Below are positions 1-13,029 of a DNA stretch of 64,000 nt, in pieces. The position numbers were made by a program, and so were the translations under genes. A model generated the notes under the pieces. The model ran no database searches. It was not told the origin of the DNA and worked only from the letters and a program-made list of their open reading frames with translations. Position 1 is the stretch's first letter, and each line of letters starts with the position of its first letter. Source of the stretch: Chrysomallon squamiferum (Eukaryota > Animalia > Mollusca). Location of the stretch: NCBI GenBank assembly GCA_012295275.1, contig CM022674.1, positions 4,526,001 through 4,590,000 of the forward strand, written 5' to 3'.

Positions 1-249
1 ACAAAGGGAAGAAGACATTATATGATTTATTGTGGAGCAAATGTTAGAAAATAGTGACAAGCAAGTATTTATCATAGTGACAAGAATCTAGATGTATCTA
101 GATATATTCAACAAACTGAACGTAGCGACAAGCAAGTTTTCTAACCTAGTGACATACATTTAGTTGAAGTAGTGACAGGACACTATTTAAAGCTATTGAG
201 AAGAAAGTGATTAAACAGAGAATCATGCAAGCCACTGAACCTGGCAGCA

Positions 250-850
250 GGCTAGTAGCTATAACTAGTATCAAGATAGTAATGTGGAGTTAGTAGCTTA
301 TCCTAGTGTCAGGTTAGCAGCTTATCCTAATGTCAGGTTAGTAGCTTATCCTAGTGTCAGGTTAGCAGTTTATCCTAGTGTCAGGTTAGCAGCTTATCCT
401 AGTGTCAGGTTAGCAGCTTATCCTAGTGTCAGGTTAGCAGCTTATCCTAGTGTCAGGTTAGTAGCGTATCGTAGAAGCCTTACATAGATGAAACTTGAAA
501 ACAGAAGTACTTTTGATTTACTAATCAGCGAGCAAGCTAATTTCAATCTAGTAACTGCACGTAGTGTTAGGCTAGTAATCGAACCTAGTGCCAGGCTAGT
601 AATTGAAGCTAGTGTCAAGTTAGTAACTGAACGTAGTGTCAGGCCAGTACCTCAAACTAGTGTCATGCTAGTAACTAAAGCCAGTGTAAAGTTAGTAAGT
701 GAACCTAGTGTCAGGCTTTTAACTGAACCTAGTATGGGGCTAGTTGCTGAACCGAGTGTCGAGCTACTAACTCAAATTAGTGCTAGGCTAACTGCTGAAC
801 CTTTGTGTCAAACAAGTAGCTGAGCCTAGTGTCAGGCTAGTAGGTGAATC
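250..850 (+). repeat. 24-bp minisatellite (TTAGCAGCTTATCCTAGTGTCAGG), perfect core ~290-470, degenerate flanks
   Basis: Direct tandem units giving 8-aa periodic ORFs (AAYPSVRL / EPSVRLV). Related degenerate arrays at ~31330-31660 (+) and ~33000-33215 (-). Confidence 0.85.
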
Positions 851-1462
851 TTCGATCTAAAAGGTTAACAGCTTAAACTATTCAATCTAAAAGCAAACAT
901 TTGTTGAACTACTAACAACACCACAGGGAATATAGAGTCAAGTAGACTACCCTAATAAGAGCAATCTAACAGAACCTAGTCTCTCAACCTTTACACAGAA
1001 ATTATCTGATGCTAGTGACAAGCAGGTATTAGGCAGTACTGACATTTTATCTACTTCATATGTCAGCCGTTTTCCAGTCGACAATACAGATTAAATGTGC
1101 CAGTGTGTGTCTGTGTGCGTGTCTGTGTGCGTGTCTGTGTGCGTGTGTATTTGTGTGTATGTGCGTACGTGTGTCTTGGCTTGTTTTAATGAAAATGTCA
1201 GTTCATTTCAGATGGGTGTAATTTAGTTACAGAATTTTATTGTCAAAACTGTGACGTTACCATTTTTAAATTTTAATTTTGTTTTTCCTTCAGTCTTGTT
1301 TTTTTTTTTTCTTTCTTTCTTTCTTTAATTGTTATATATATATATATACTTTTACTTACCTATTTATTTTATTTTATTTAAAAAAAAAAAATTATTATTT
1401 GAAGTAATTGCTTAGATTATAGAAAATAGAAGATTAATTTTAACTGTTGATACTGCCAAGTC

Positions 1463-1517
<55 letters not shown>

Positions 1518-1745
1518 TATATTGAAGTGCTAGTTGGTGTATTCGTGTGTTTCAGTGTGGATATCTGCTTCAGTAATTTATGTGTCTGTGTATGCTTATT
1601 AAAAATGGAATACTACATATTATCCTTATCTTTCTACAGGTAAAACTCAATATTCCGTAAAGCAACATAAAGTAACACAACATATTCATTAACTGAACTT
1701 TTTTTTTTTTTTCTGACCGATACTTATTTCTATACATTACATCGT

Positions 1746-2471
1746 CTAACATTTCCGTTTTCCACCGCGTACGCAAATACAATCCGTTCTCCACCACCAC
1801 CAGCCGTATATAAGTATTTCGTTTGGTTTGTAGCATCTGCCCTTGATTTTGCAACCTGAAATCGATGAAAAAAACAAAAAAATAATAAAAGATAATTAAA
1901 AAAAAAAGAGAAAAAAGATACTACCACTTCAGGTTGTTTGTTTGTAATGTATCGGTGTAATTTATAACAGCCAAGAAAATAACGAATACAAGAAACAATT
2001 TAAAATGTGCGGGTTAGCACAACGGAAAGGTTACTGTCATCTTTTGCACAAAAATGTTCGAAAATGTTGGCGTTTGTCGTAGTCCACGACAGAAATGGTT
2101 TCGTCGTGGTAGTTGTTGGTTCTTATTGTAGTTCTTATGTGTTGGCGAATATGTCGGATTTTTCTTCTCTGCCACTAATCTTTTGGATAATTTGGTAAAG
2201 CAGAATGGGGAAAGAAAGCTATAGACAGTTAGTCAAACTTGAAATAGAATGATATAGGATAGTTACATTATCTTTCAAATTCCCGGTGTGGATTTGGATT
2301 TTAAAATATATTTGAAAAACAATTCGTAGAACAATTATTGTTACCTTTGCCGACAGAAACAAACTGGCCTTGTTTAGAACAACGACTAACAGTGCATTCT
2401 TTGCTCATTTCTGTTTCGCCTACCATCGCACAAGATTCATTTTCTTTAATTTCGCAAACCGTAGCTTTAAT

Positions 2472-2510
<39 letters not shown>

Positions 2511-2822
2511 GTGAAAGAAAAGGATACGTAGTGATATTCGATGAAAAAATAATGTCCTACAATATGGAAAGAACTAGAGTTACCTAAAATCAAATGAGAA
2601 GTGAAACAAATGAAACAAATGAAACAAACATAAGGACAATGTTACTATTACTCATTATAACTATCTTCGTGTTAATTAATCATCGTCATGATTGTCTGCT
2701 CTGTTATAATCCCCGTTACCGTTTTGTTTTCTTATTGTTATTATTATTAATTCGAGTAATAACAGTAGTAACTCCCCATATTAATTAGTAAGAACAGCAG
2801 AAGGTCATTAGCGGCATCATCA

Positions 2823-2875
<53 letters not shown>

Positions 2876-3175
2876 GCTTTTTTATTTAACTCTGTGTGTG
2901 TGTGTGGTTTTTTTTTAAGTGAAGTTACTTACTAGAGTTTTCCATATCTTTGTAAACCAAAAGACATACTACCCGACGTCCCAAGTTTGACAAAAGTGAA
3001 ACGGGACTGTAATATATGATTCCGCATTTGGTTTTTATGCGTTCGGCAGTAGCTGGTATTTTAACACCATACATGTAAACGTCTGTGAAATAGCAGATTG
3101 CGATATGCAGGTATGGTTAGATTGCATACATGACATCCATACATATCTACATATACATATAATACATACATACAT

Positions 3176-3206
<31 letters not shown>

Positions 3207-3217
3207 TACATACATAC

Positions 3218-3263
<46 letters not shown>

Positions 3264-3268
3264 TAGAT

Positions 3269-3315
<47 letters not shown>

Positions 3316-4207
3316 GAGAGAGAAAGCGTTACTCGGTTAATTGTTGTTTAAAATAAGCGATATTGCATATGGCAGCCACTAATTTATCTTTTATTGGAGA
3401 TCGTTTCGATCTCAAAAGAGAGTTGACAGCAATGATTACAATTTCTGACAGAGCCGATCGTTGTGAATTGATAAAGTAAAATTGACACCACTGTAGTTAC
3501 TGGCTCACAGTGTGCTTATTAAAGAAAACATAGCTTATTCCAATCACGTTTAGTGACCTTTGTCAGTTGCTTAGGATTATATCTAGACTGTACTGAGCCT
3601 TTATTTTGTCTTTTTGCAGTTTTGTCTAAAGACATTAAAAGGTGTTGTTTTTTTAACTACTCATATTTGATTATATCAGTTTTTTGATGCCTGTCAATTA
3701 TTTATCTTTGCCATTTTTTTTTTTTTTTTAACTTATTAAGACATATTTATCTGTTAGAAAGATTCCAGATTTGTTGTCTAATCAGATTTAATGATACCTG
3801 CAAGGTGTTTTAGATTATACTCTCTTTCTCTATATATATATATATACATAATCTGAACTATCTACATAGAAACATTTCCAGAAAATACTTACAGGACCTA
3901 TTCGTATCAAAGCCCACCTCGCCCTCTTTACAGATAAAATAGGTCAGGCCGCGGAACTTGTACACGTGCATTACACTGCCTACTGAGAAATTGCCCCACT
4001 CCGTCTCACACTGGTGGGTGTGGTTATTCCAGTGAGCGTCTTCATCTGAAATAAATCGATTTGTGGATCTATATATTTGTCCGTCCGTCCCTGTAATCTC
4101 ATCTGTTGAAGCCGTTGCTAGAACCACCACTACAACGTCTACAACTACGGAGACTACTACTAGTACTACTACTGCTGCTATTTATTATTATTAATTTTTT
4201 AATTTTT

Positions 4208-4238
<31 letters not shown>

Positions 4239-4342
4239 GGGGTAGCTGATGTTGTAGTATTATAATAATAATAATTGTTGTTGTTTTTTGTGGTAGTGGT
4301 GTCTTCTTTTTTTCTTTTTTTTTATTCTTATTTAACTATTAG

Positions 4343-4379
<37 letters not shown>

Positions 4380-4533
4380 TCCTTTCTGTTAGGTCTTAGT
4401 AATGTTAGTCTTTTTATTGAATATTCAACAAGCTTTAAAATTACTGACCTTTCGCATATTGGGTAATAACATAAAACGACTGTACATAGAGGAATGATGA
4501 AATCATTAGCGGGAGTAATGCTAGGCCAGACAT
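1746..4533 (-). CDS. Secreted Cys-rich poly-Trp family protein, copy A (5 coding exons, 205 aa)
   Basis: Exons (minus) 4533-4449, 4045-3893, 3082-2933, 2464-2345, 1855-1746; all AG/GT bounded, all phase 1, continuous frame. MSGLALLPLMISSFLYVQSFYVITQYAK/DEDAHWNNHTHQCETEWGNFSVGSVMHVYKFRGLTYFICKEGEVGFDTNRS/YVYMYGVKIPATAERIKTKCGIIYYSPVSLLSNLGRRVVCLLVYKDMENS/TTVCEIKENESCAMVGETEMSKECTVSRCSKQGQFVSVGK/GCKIKGRCYKPNEILIYGWWWWRTDCICVRGGKRKC*. Same exon structure in six other copies. Confidence 0.88.
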
Positions 4534-4873
4534 CTTGAATTACTCAATTCGTCTAATCAAAAAGAAACAAGTAATTCTTAAACATGTTAATTCCAATAAA
4601 AAAAAAAAAAAAAAAAAATGAAACAAGTAAATATTTTCGTACTGACAGAAACGTTTAACAAATAAATGTTTCAGTATTTGCCACGAGTAACTGACTCCAA
4701 ATTTAGTCATCCCACAAAGCGAGACAGAAACACATAACAGACATAATCCAATCATTCAATGTTCTATCTTGTATATATCTCTGTATCTCTTAGCACTGTC
4801 GGTAATCAGAAATCAGATCCTATATGTGTAAATAACTGTTAAGTCATAAAAATAATGATGATGATGATGATGG

Positions 4874-4923
<50 letters not shown>

Positions 4924-5419
4924 TAATAATAAACATTAAAAATAATAAAAAAATAAAAATTTCTGAATCTGTATTAGAGCTAATGCTGACACATTATCAA
5001 AGTAATAACGATATGTATTTTTCTTAATATTAAATATTCATATACCTATAAGTACACCTACGACAACAATGAAACCTACAGCTACCTCTCCATGATTACC
5101 AGAAATAAATATGGTAATATCTACTTCTATGGTAAAAATAATATATCTTGCCACGACAGACCACTAAAATGTAGCTACATATATATATCTGAACTTTATG
5201 CTCAGACATAAAAATATAGGATTGAATTTATGTTTCACCAAACCACATATTCAGTAAAAATAAAATTGTAATGGATGAAATAATGTATTTTATAAACTGA
5301 ACTACAGATTCATTAGTAACGAAAACATATTTCTTGCACAGAACATGACTGAAAATGTAGCTACACACGCCCATCTGAACTTTATAGTCACCACTAAAAC
5401 TGACTATATCAGTAGAAAC

Positions 5420-5700
5420 AAGAAACATGTAAATTTGTTAAAACTAACTGAAAATGGTAACGAGCAAATATGTTAATACTAACATAAACATGCAAAAAGT
5501 AAATATGTAATTAATAGCATAAACATGTAACAAATAAATATGTTAATAATACTAACATAAACATGTAAAAAGTAAATATGTAATTAATAGCATAAACATG
5601 TAACAAATAAATATGTTAATAATACTAGCATAAAGATGTAAAAAGTAAATATGTAATTAATAGCATAAACATGTAACAAACAAATATGTTAATACTAGCA
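5420..5700 (-). repeat. Family-associated upstream minisatellite (~30-35 bp unit), copy A
   Basis: Repeats of AAACATGTAACAA(A/G)TAAATATGTTAATACTAG; homologous arrays upstream of B (7820-7930), C (14520-14740), F (44095-44182), G and H. Confidence 0.8.
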
Positions 5701-5961
5701 GTACCTAGTCGATGCTGTGAATATACGAAGAGAAAATTGCCGAACACAAAACTAATACTTTCACACGTATAAAATTATAATTTTGAAAATACTCAGCTCG
5801 TTAGCATCGCTGTGTACGTCTGAAGTTTTGTCATATTAGGACATAAACGACAGAGATAATGAGGCAGTATGAATAAATTTAAATATTTTACCAGTTAAAA
5901 GGTTTTACATCATGAAGTTTATTAGTGAATACTTATGCAATAAAGTCACACACACACACAT

Positions 5962-6042
<81 letters not shown>

Positions 6043-6247
6043 CTACTGCGTCCACAAAGAAGAATGGTTGACACTTACAAACGCCATGAATAAACTGATA
6101 GACCTATAAGGTTGTTGTTTCTGTATGTCTCACATTTTCAGGTAAACCGTTCTAAAACTTGAAAGGAAAATGCACAGTTTTTAATAACTAAAATGAGCAT
6201 GTGCTTTTCTCTATATATATATACCTCTGACTGCTTCCGTACAAAAA

Positions 6248-6324
<77 letters not shown>

Positions 6325-6436
6325 GTGTATATGTACAACAAAACTCTGTTCCTGAACAAAAACATTTAACACATATATACATACATAACACATACATATA
6401 TATATGGACAAAAACATTTAACACATATATACATAC

Positions 6437-6474
<38 letters not shown>

Positions 6475-6632
6475 TAAATGTTTTTGTTCAGTAACACAGT
6501 TTTATTGTATACAAATTGTATGCATTAGGTTCTCTGCGTTTGTTTTCATGTCAAATATGTGATATATGTTAAGTTCCACTATTATTTTCGTTAGGATGAA
6601 CTAATTGTTTTTGCCTTGTTCGACATTAAGTT

Positions 6633-6664
<32 letters not shown>

Positions 6665-7255
6665 GATATATAGAAAGATAAATAAATACAGATGTATGTT
6701 AAGCATTAACAACAAGATAACGTCAGTTATAGTAGCTGGGTGTATTACGCTGACAAAACTTTAATATCAATATCCACGTATTACCAGATGTTACCTATAT
6801 ATATATATATATAGCTACATATACGATTTTAAATATTTATAATATTATTAATATATACTTAACCAAAAAAAGTTTAGCAAGTTTTTTTTTTTTTTTTTTT
6901 TTTCCAAATGACTTTGGTTTCCAAATAAATTAACATAAAATGATAAAACTCGGTTAGTATGTTAGCTGCACATGCCCTGTCGCTTCGGGTAATGAAAAGA
7001 ACGCTATGTGTGGAATAGAACGCAGCTGTGTCTGCTGCACGTGCAAACGCGTGCGCTCGTGCTTTCGCAGAAGTCCATGCAATACGTGGGGACTGAAATC
7101 ACATTTTCATGCGCAGGAACAAGGTTATACAAAAAAAAAGAAAAAAAAAAAAGAATATATCCTGTCATAATGTGTCTATGGCCAGGCTTAATATATAATA
7201 TGTCTACATCTGGCTGTCTGTCCCTCTATCTCATCAGTGTCAGTCGTTATATATA

Positions 7256-7295
<40 letters not shown>

Positions 7296-8177
7296 ATGAG
7301 TCCATTAACGTGTTCTGTTATATGGCACTTTTTTTATTATATATATATATATAAATATTCATAATATACTTTTTGATTATTTAAATTTATTCATATTGCC
7401 TTTTTACCTCTGTTGTTTATGTTGTCGTATTCCCAGATCGATAGATGCGACAGACATAACGAGTACAGTATTTTCAGGAACAGAATTTTAGACGTGTGAA
7501 AATATTTGTGTGTGGTAATTTTTTCTCCGTGGATAAGGTACATTTATTAGCCTTTTATTATTATTATTAATAGTAGTAGTAGTAGTAGTAGTAGCAATAG
7601 TAGTAGAAGTAGCAGTAGTAGTAGCAACAGTAGTAGCAGTAGTAGTAGCAGTAGTAGCAATAGTAGTAGTAGTAGCAGTAGTAGTAGTAGTAGCAGCAGT
7701 AGTAGCAGTAGTAGTAGCAGCAGTAGTACCAGTAGTAGTAGTTGTAGTAGTAGCGCACTGGTAATGATATTTTTGTTTATAGCCTATTTCTCTAAGCACC
7801 AAACTATTTATTATAACATCAACATATTTACCTGTTAACTATTTCTACTAGTATTAACATAGTTAAGTTACTTGTTTAAACTAGTATATCTTACATGTTT
7901 CTAGTACTGACATTTTTATTTGTGACCACAAAGTTCAGATGGACATATATAGTTTCATTTTGTGTCATCTGTTGTGGCAAGAAATATTATTTTTAATACA
8001 GAAGTATACCATACTTAAGCTTACTGACTTCAGAGTTATTTACATGTATAAGATCTCATCACTGATTACTCATAATGGCAAGAGATTTCTTGCGGATACA
8101 GAGATATATACTGTTGGAAGAACATTGGATGATTGGTGTATGTCCGTTAGAGGTTTCTAACAACAATAATAATGATG

Positions 8178-8224
<47 letters not shown>

Positions 8225-8495
8225 TATTAAATTGCTGAATCTGTATTACAAGCAGCGCTGACACATTACCAAAGTAACACCATTTAAATAACAATATGTA
8301 TTTTTGTTAATATTAAATACTCACATACCTATAAGTACAATGAAAATCCTATTTCGCTTGCTAGGACAGCTAAATTTGGTGTCATTTACCCGTGGCAAAT
8401 ACTGAAAAATTTACTTGTTACACCTTTCTGTCGTAGAAGTATCGTATTTACTAGATATGTGTTTCTTTTTGATTAGACGAATTCAGCAATTCAAG

Positions 8496-8783
8496 ATGGC
8501 TGCTCTAGCATTACTCCCGCTGGTGATTTCATCATTCCAGGCTGTGCAATCGGATCTTATTACCAGTTTTGCAACAAGTCAGTAATTTTAAGCTTGCTGA
8601 ATATATATATATATATATAATAAACGATGAAAATGATTAAGACCTAACTGAAAGGAAAAAAAAAAAAAAGAATAAAAAAATAAAAATAAAAATAAAATAA
8701 ACAATAAAAAATAAATAAGTAAATAAATAATAATAAAATAATTAAAAAAAACAAAACATATACGACGACACAACAACAACAAC

Positions 8784-8850
<67 letters not shown>

Positions 8851-8893
8851 GCAACAGTAACAACAACAACAATAACTATAATAATAATAATAA

Positions 8894-8935
<42 letters not shown>

Positions 8936-10531
8936 GGGTGGTTGTAGCAACGACTGACACAGATGAGATAGAGGGACAGACAGCCAGATGTATACATCCA
9001 CATATTTATTCATTTCAGAAAGCAGAGCTTATTGGGATAGTTCCACCCACAAGTGCGAGACTGAGTGGGGACCTTATCCAGCAGACAGTGTAATGCATGT
9101 GTACAAGTTCCATGGGAATACTTATCTTGTCTGTAAAAAGGGTTATGTCGCATTTGATTTGGATAGGTCCTGTAAGTTTTTTTTTTCTAGAAATGTTTCT
9201 GTGTATATATTGTTAGATGTATTAATCAATTGAAATGCCATTATAAAGATGGAAATACACGCTATCAGATAGTGTTAAATAGACAGTGTTACAAGAAATA
9301 TGTTCAACAGTAATATACTTTAGTCTGGTTATTCTTTCTCGGCTGTTCGGAATTGAAGTGATTGTTCGCAACATTCGCAAGGAATTTCGGAAAAAAATTA
9401 TCTTAGTTTAGTTTTTGATTCACCTTACACGATAAGCTTCCCGTTTTCATTGCTGACATAGTCTGGATAGTTGTCACTGAATATCAGTATTAAACAGGTG
9501 ACAGATATATTGAGTTGTTAACACCTGACTGATTTAACCAAGTTAAAGTGATCGAGTCTAAATATCTGATAACGTCTGAATACCAGACACACATCGTGAA
9601 CTCGCAACAGCTGGTAAAACATCACAAAGTATCAGTAATTCAAAGACGTCTTCAGATTTTATTATCTGACAGACCTCATCAGCAACTGACAACAGAGATG
9701 CTCAAATCAAAACACCTGGCAGATATCATGAAATTTTGACAGTCAACAAACACCAACATTTTCTGGCTAACAGATAAAAAACATGTCTTAATAAGTAAGA
9801 AATTAAAAATGGCAAAGGTAAATAATTGACAGACATAAGAAAGCTTCCGTGACAAATATCAGTAGTAAAAGAAACAAAATTGCTAAATGACAAAATAAAG
9901 GCATAAAAAGTATGGATGTGATCCTAGTTAACTGACAAAGGTAATTAAATGTGTAAGTAGAATAGACTAACTTGTCTTTATTGTAAGCACACTGTGAGCC
10001 AGTAACTACGATGAATTTTACTTTCGTAATGTATGAAAACCGGTTTTGTCAAAAATTTTAATCAACTCTCTTTTAAAATCGCTATTTTTACTACATCTCC
10101 TCTAAACGTTAAAATAGCCGCTGCCATATCCAGTAATTTTATGCATTTTGTTTTTTAAATAATACCACCTTATTAACAAACTAACTCTTTCTCTCAATCT
10201 ATGTATCTATGTATGTATCTCTCTATTTATATATCTGTCTATCTGTCTCGTTGTTTATATGTGTCTGTATGTACGTATATATATATATGTATGTATGTTT
10301 GTATATAATGTATGTAATTTAGCAGTAACTACGTAAAGCAATCTCCTGTTTCACAGATGTTGACATGTATGGTGTTAGAATACCACCTAATGACGAATAC
10401 AAAGCAACTAAATGTGGAAGGATAAGTTACCAGATCGAGGTGAACAGGCTAAAAGATGATGAAACTTTCACGGCAGACTTTCGTGTTTTTAGAGCAACGG
10501 AAACCTCTAGTAAGTCATATTAATTTATACT

Positions 10532-10579
<48 letters not shown>

Positions 10580-10624
10580 ATCATATTATTGTCATAGTTC
10601 TTATAATAATAATAATCATAATCA

Positions 10625-10672
<48 letters not shown>

Positions 10673-11038
10673 ATTTCATAATTTTTCTGACAGTGACGTT
10701 GATGATGTTAATCACCTACTGTTGTTCTTACTAATAGGGGAGTTACTACTGCTATTAATTATATTAATAATAATAACACTAAGAAAAAACAAAGGTAACG
10801 GGGATTATAACATAAGGGGCGATCATGATGATTAAGATGAAGACAGTTAAAATGATTTGAGTAATAGTAACATTGTCCTTATGTTTGTTTCATTTGTTTC
10901 TACTCTGATTCGATTTTAAATAGAACTAGGTTTTTTTTTTTTCCGTATTGAAGGATTAATTTATTATCTATCCTTTTTTTTCTTTTACTTGTTTATATTT
11001 ATAATTTTATTTGTTTATTAATTAATTAATTAATTAAT

Positions 11039-11085
<47 letters not shown>

Positions 11086-11763
11086 TAATTAAAGCTGTGG
11101 TTTGCGAAGTTAAAAAATATGAATCTTGCTTGTTGGAAGGTGAACGAGTCAATGGAGATTGTAATATTCGTTACTGTAGTCCCATAGGCGCGCTTGTTTC
11201 ATGGGGCAAAGGTAACAATACGTTTTCTACGAATTGTTTTCAAATACATTTTAGATACAGCAATATAACCTCCGGGACTTTGATAGATAACATAAGTACT
11301 CTGTACGAGACTACTTCAGTGTTCGCTTACTTTCATAGCTTGCTGTCCCATATTGCTTTACCAAGTGGCATGATGGTGTTAACTCAAGTGACTTTATAAA
11401 ATGATTGTGATGCACGTTTCAAATTAACCAAAAGATTATAGTGATAGAGAAGAAGGAACTATGTGACTATTTTATCCTCTTCTACGGAGTTTCGAAGCAC
11501 TCTGAAACATATAATGTGTTATTCAGCTCTTTCTTTTTTAAATTCAAAATCCGTCATAAATACGGCAACATAGCCCACGACAAAAACCAACAACTACCAC
11601 GACAACAAACACTTTTTTTTCGCTGATTTCAGGTTGCAAATTCGACGGCAAGTGTTACAAACAAGATGACAAAGTCAAAAGGGGCTGGTGGTGGTGGAGT
11701 GATGACTGCGTTTGCCTGTTCGGTGGACAATTCAAATGTCAGCCAAAGAAAAAGCAGAACTGA
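8496..11763 (+). CDS. Secreted Cys-rich poly-Trp family protein, copy B (211 aa)
   Basis: Exons 8496-8577, 9019-9171, 10357-10509, 11095-11211, 11633-11763. MAALALLPLVISSFQAVQSDLITSFAT/KSRAYWDSSTHKCETEWGPYPADSVMHVYKFHGNTYLVCKKGYVAFDLDRS/YVDMYGVRIPPNDEYKATKCGRISYQIEVNRLKDDETFTADFRVFRATETS/TVVCEVKKYESCLLEGERVNGDCNIRYCSPIGALVSWGK/GCKFDGKCYKQDDKVKRGWWWWSDDCVCLFGGQFKCQPKKKQN*; AATAAA at ~11850. Confidence 0.88.
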
Positions 11764-12146
11764 TGGATGTATTGTACTTCTTCATGTTGCTCTGTAGTAT
11801 ATTGTGTGTACCTGTAGAAAGAAAAGATAATATGTAATATTCCATTTTTAATAAACGTACACAGAGACAGAAGTCACAGAAACAGATAAGCACACACTCG
11901 CACATATGGATACACAAACTAGCACTTCAATTTATCTTATATATATATATATATATATATATATACTCTAGGTACTGGTATCAACAGTTGTACCATTTTC
12001 CACATATTAATTTATGAGCAATAGGGAGAAAAGAAGAAAGTAAATCTGAAGAAATAAGAAATCGAGTAATTGTGGAGTTTTAGGTTGATAAAGATTTTGC
12101 CAACTTTAGTACGTGGAAGGGCAATTCCACGACTCAGAGGACTTGC

Positions 12147-12204
<58 letters not shown>

Positions 12205-12344
12205 CTCACAGGACTTGACGGGAAAAGAAAATGTTTGCTATTTCATTAAATAAAGACTGAAAATGTATTCACAAAACTGTGAAAATTGTACACGGGAATT
12301 ACTCTGACTAGATACATCTCATTATTTTCTAGCATTTATCTATT

Positions 12345-12387
<43 letters not shown>

Positions 12388-12598
12388 TATATTATTATTA
12401 TTATTATTATTATTATTATGTACATATTTTTTTTTTTTTTTTTTTTTTTTGAGTACTCAAACTTTATTTTCCCCTGTCCATGCACATTATATTACTGCGT
12501 ACGTCAATAAAAACAACATCAGAGTTTGATGAACCCTTCTCGTGATCTGCGAATACATAAACACAACCTAAGCACTGAGCAACAGCACGTCTTTCTCC

Positions 12599-12630
<32 letters not shown>

Positions 12631-12877
12631 GGGGGGGTTTTTTTTTCTTTTTTTTTACATTGTTTCTGTTTTATTAATATAAATTAGACCATCTTCAAAT
12701 TATATATATGTAATAATAATTACTTTTATAAGATTGTCTATAGTTAGTATTATAGAAAAGAAAATATGAAGTGAACACACTTTCATAGATATTTGGGTTT
12801 CAGTACTGAAACAAAGACAAACTGACATATATTCTGCACACAGTATTTACAAAGAAATAATTCAAGAAAATTCTTAC

Positions 12878-13029
12878 AGGATGCGTTAATATTAGGTACG
12901 AGGTCATAACATCCAAACAACAGAACGAAGTTTTATCATTAATGAAAAGGAAGACAATGCATTCCCCTATTTTCTAGTTGGCCATTCTCTCACAGCCATG
13001 TCTACCATTATTGTAAAAAGCTTTAAAAG
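12878..13029 (-). pseudogene. Degenerate orphan exon 2 of the family
   Basis: tttcag|CT acceptor, FKAFYNNGRHGCE.. (compare HKAFYNSGTKKCETE in copy I), ends TCCT|gtaaga like the family donor; 152 nt with a stop and frameshift. Confidence 0.6.

Noticed and set aside
1730-1927. ORF-track reading VAKSRADA...AGGGGERI of the last exon (also 37586-37885)
   Set aside because: Wrong frame. The phase-1 junction gives the GC..C..WWWW..CxC..C frame, which is conserved with its stop across copies.
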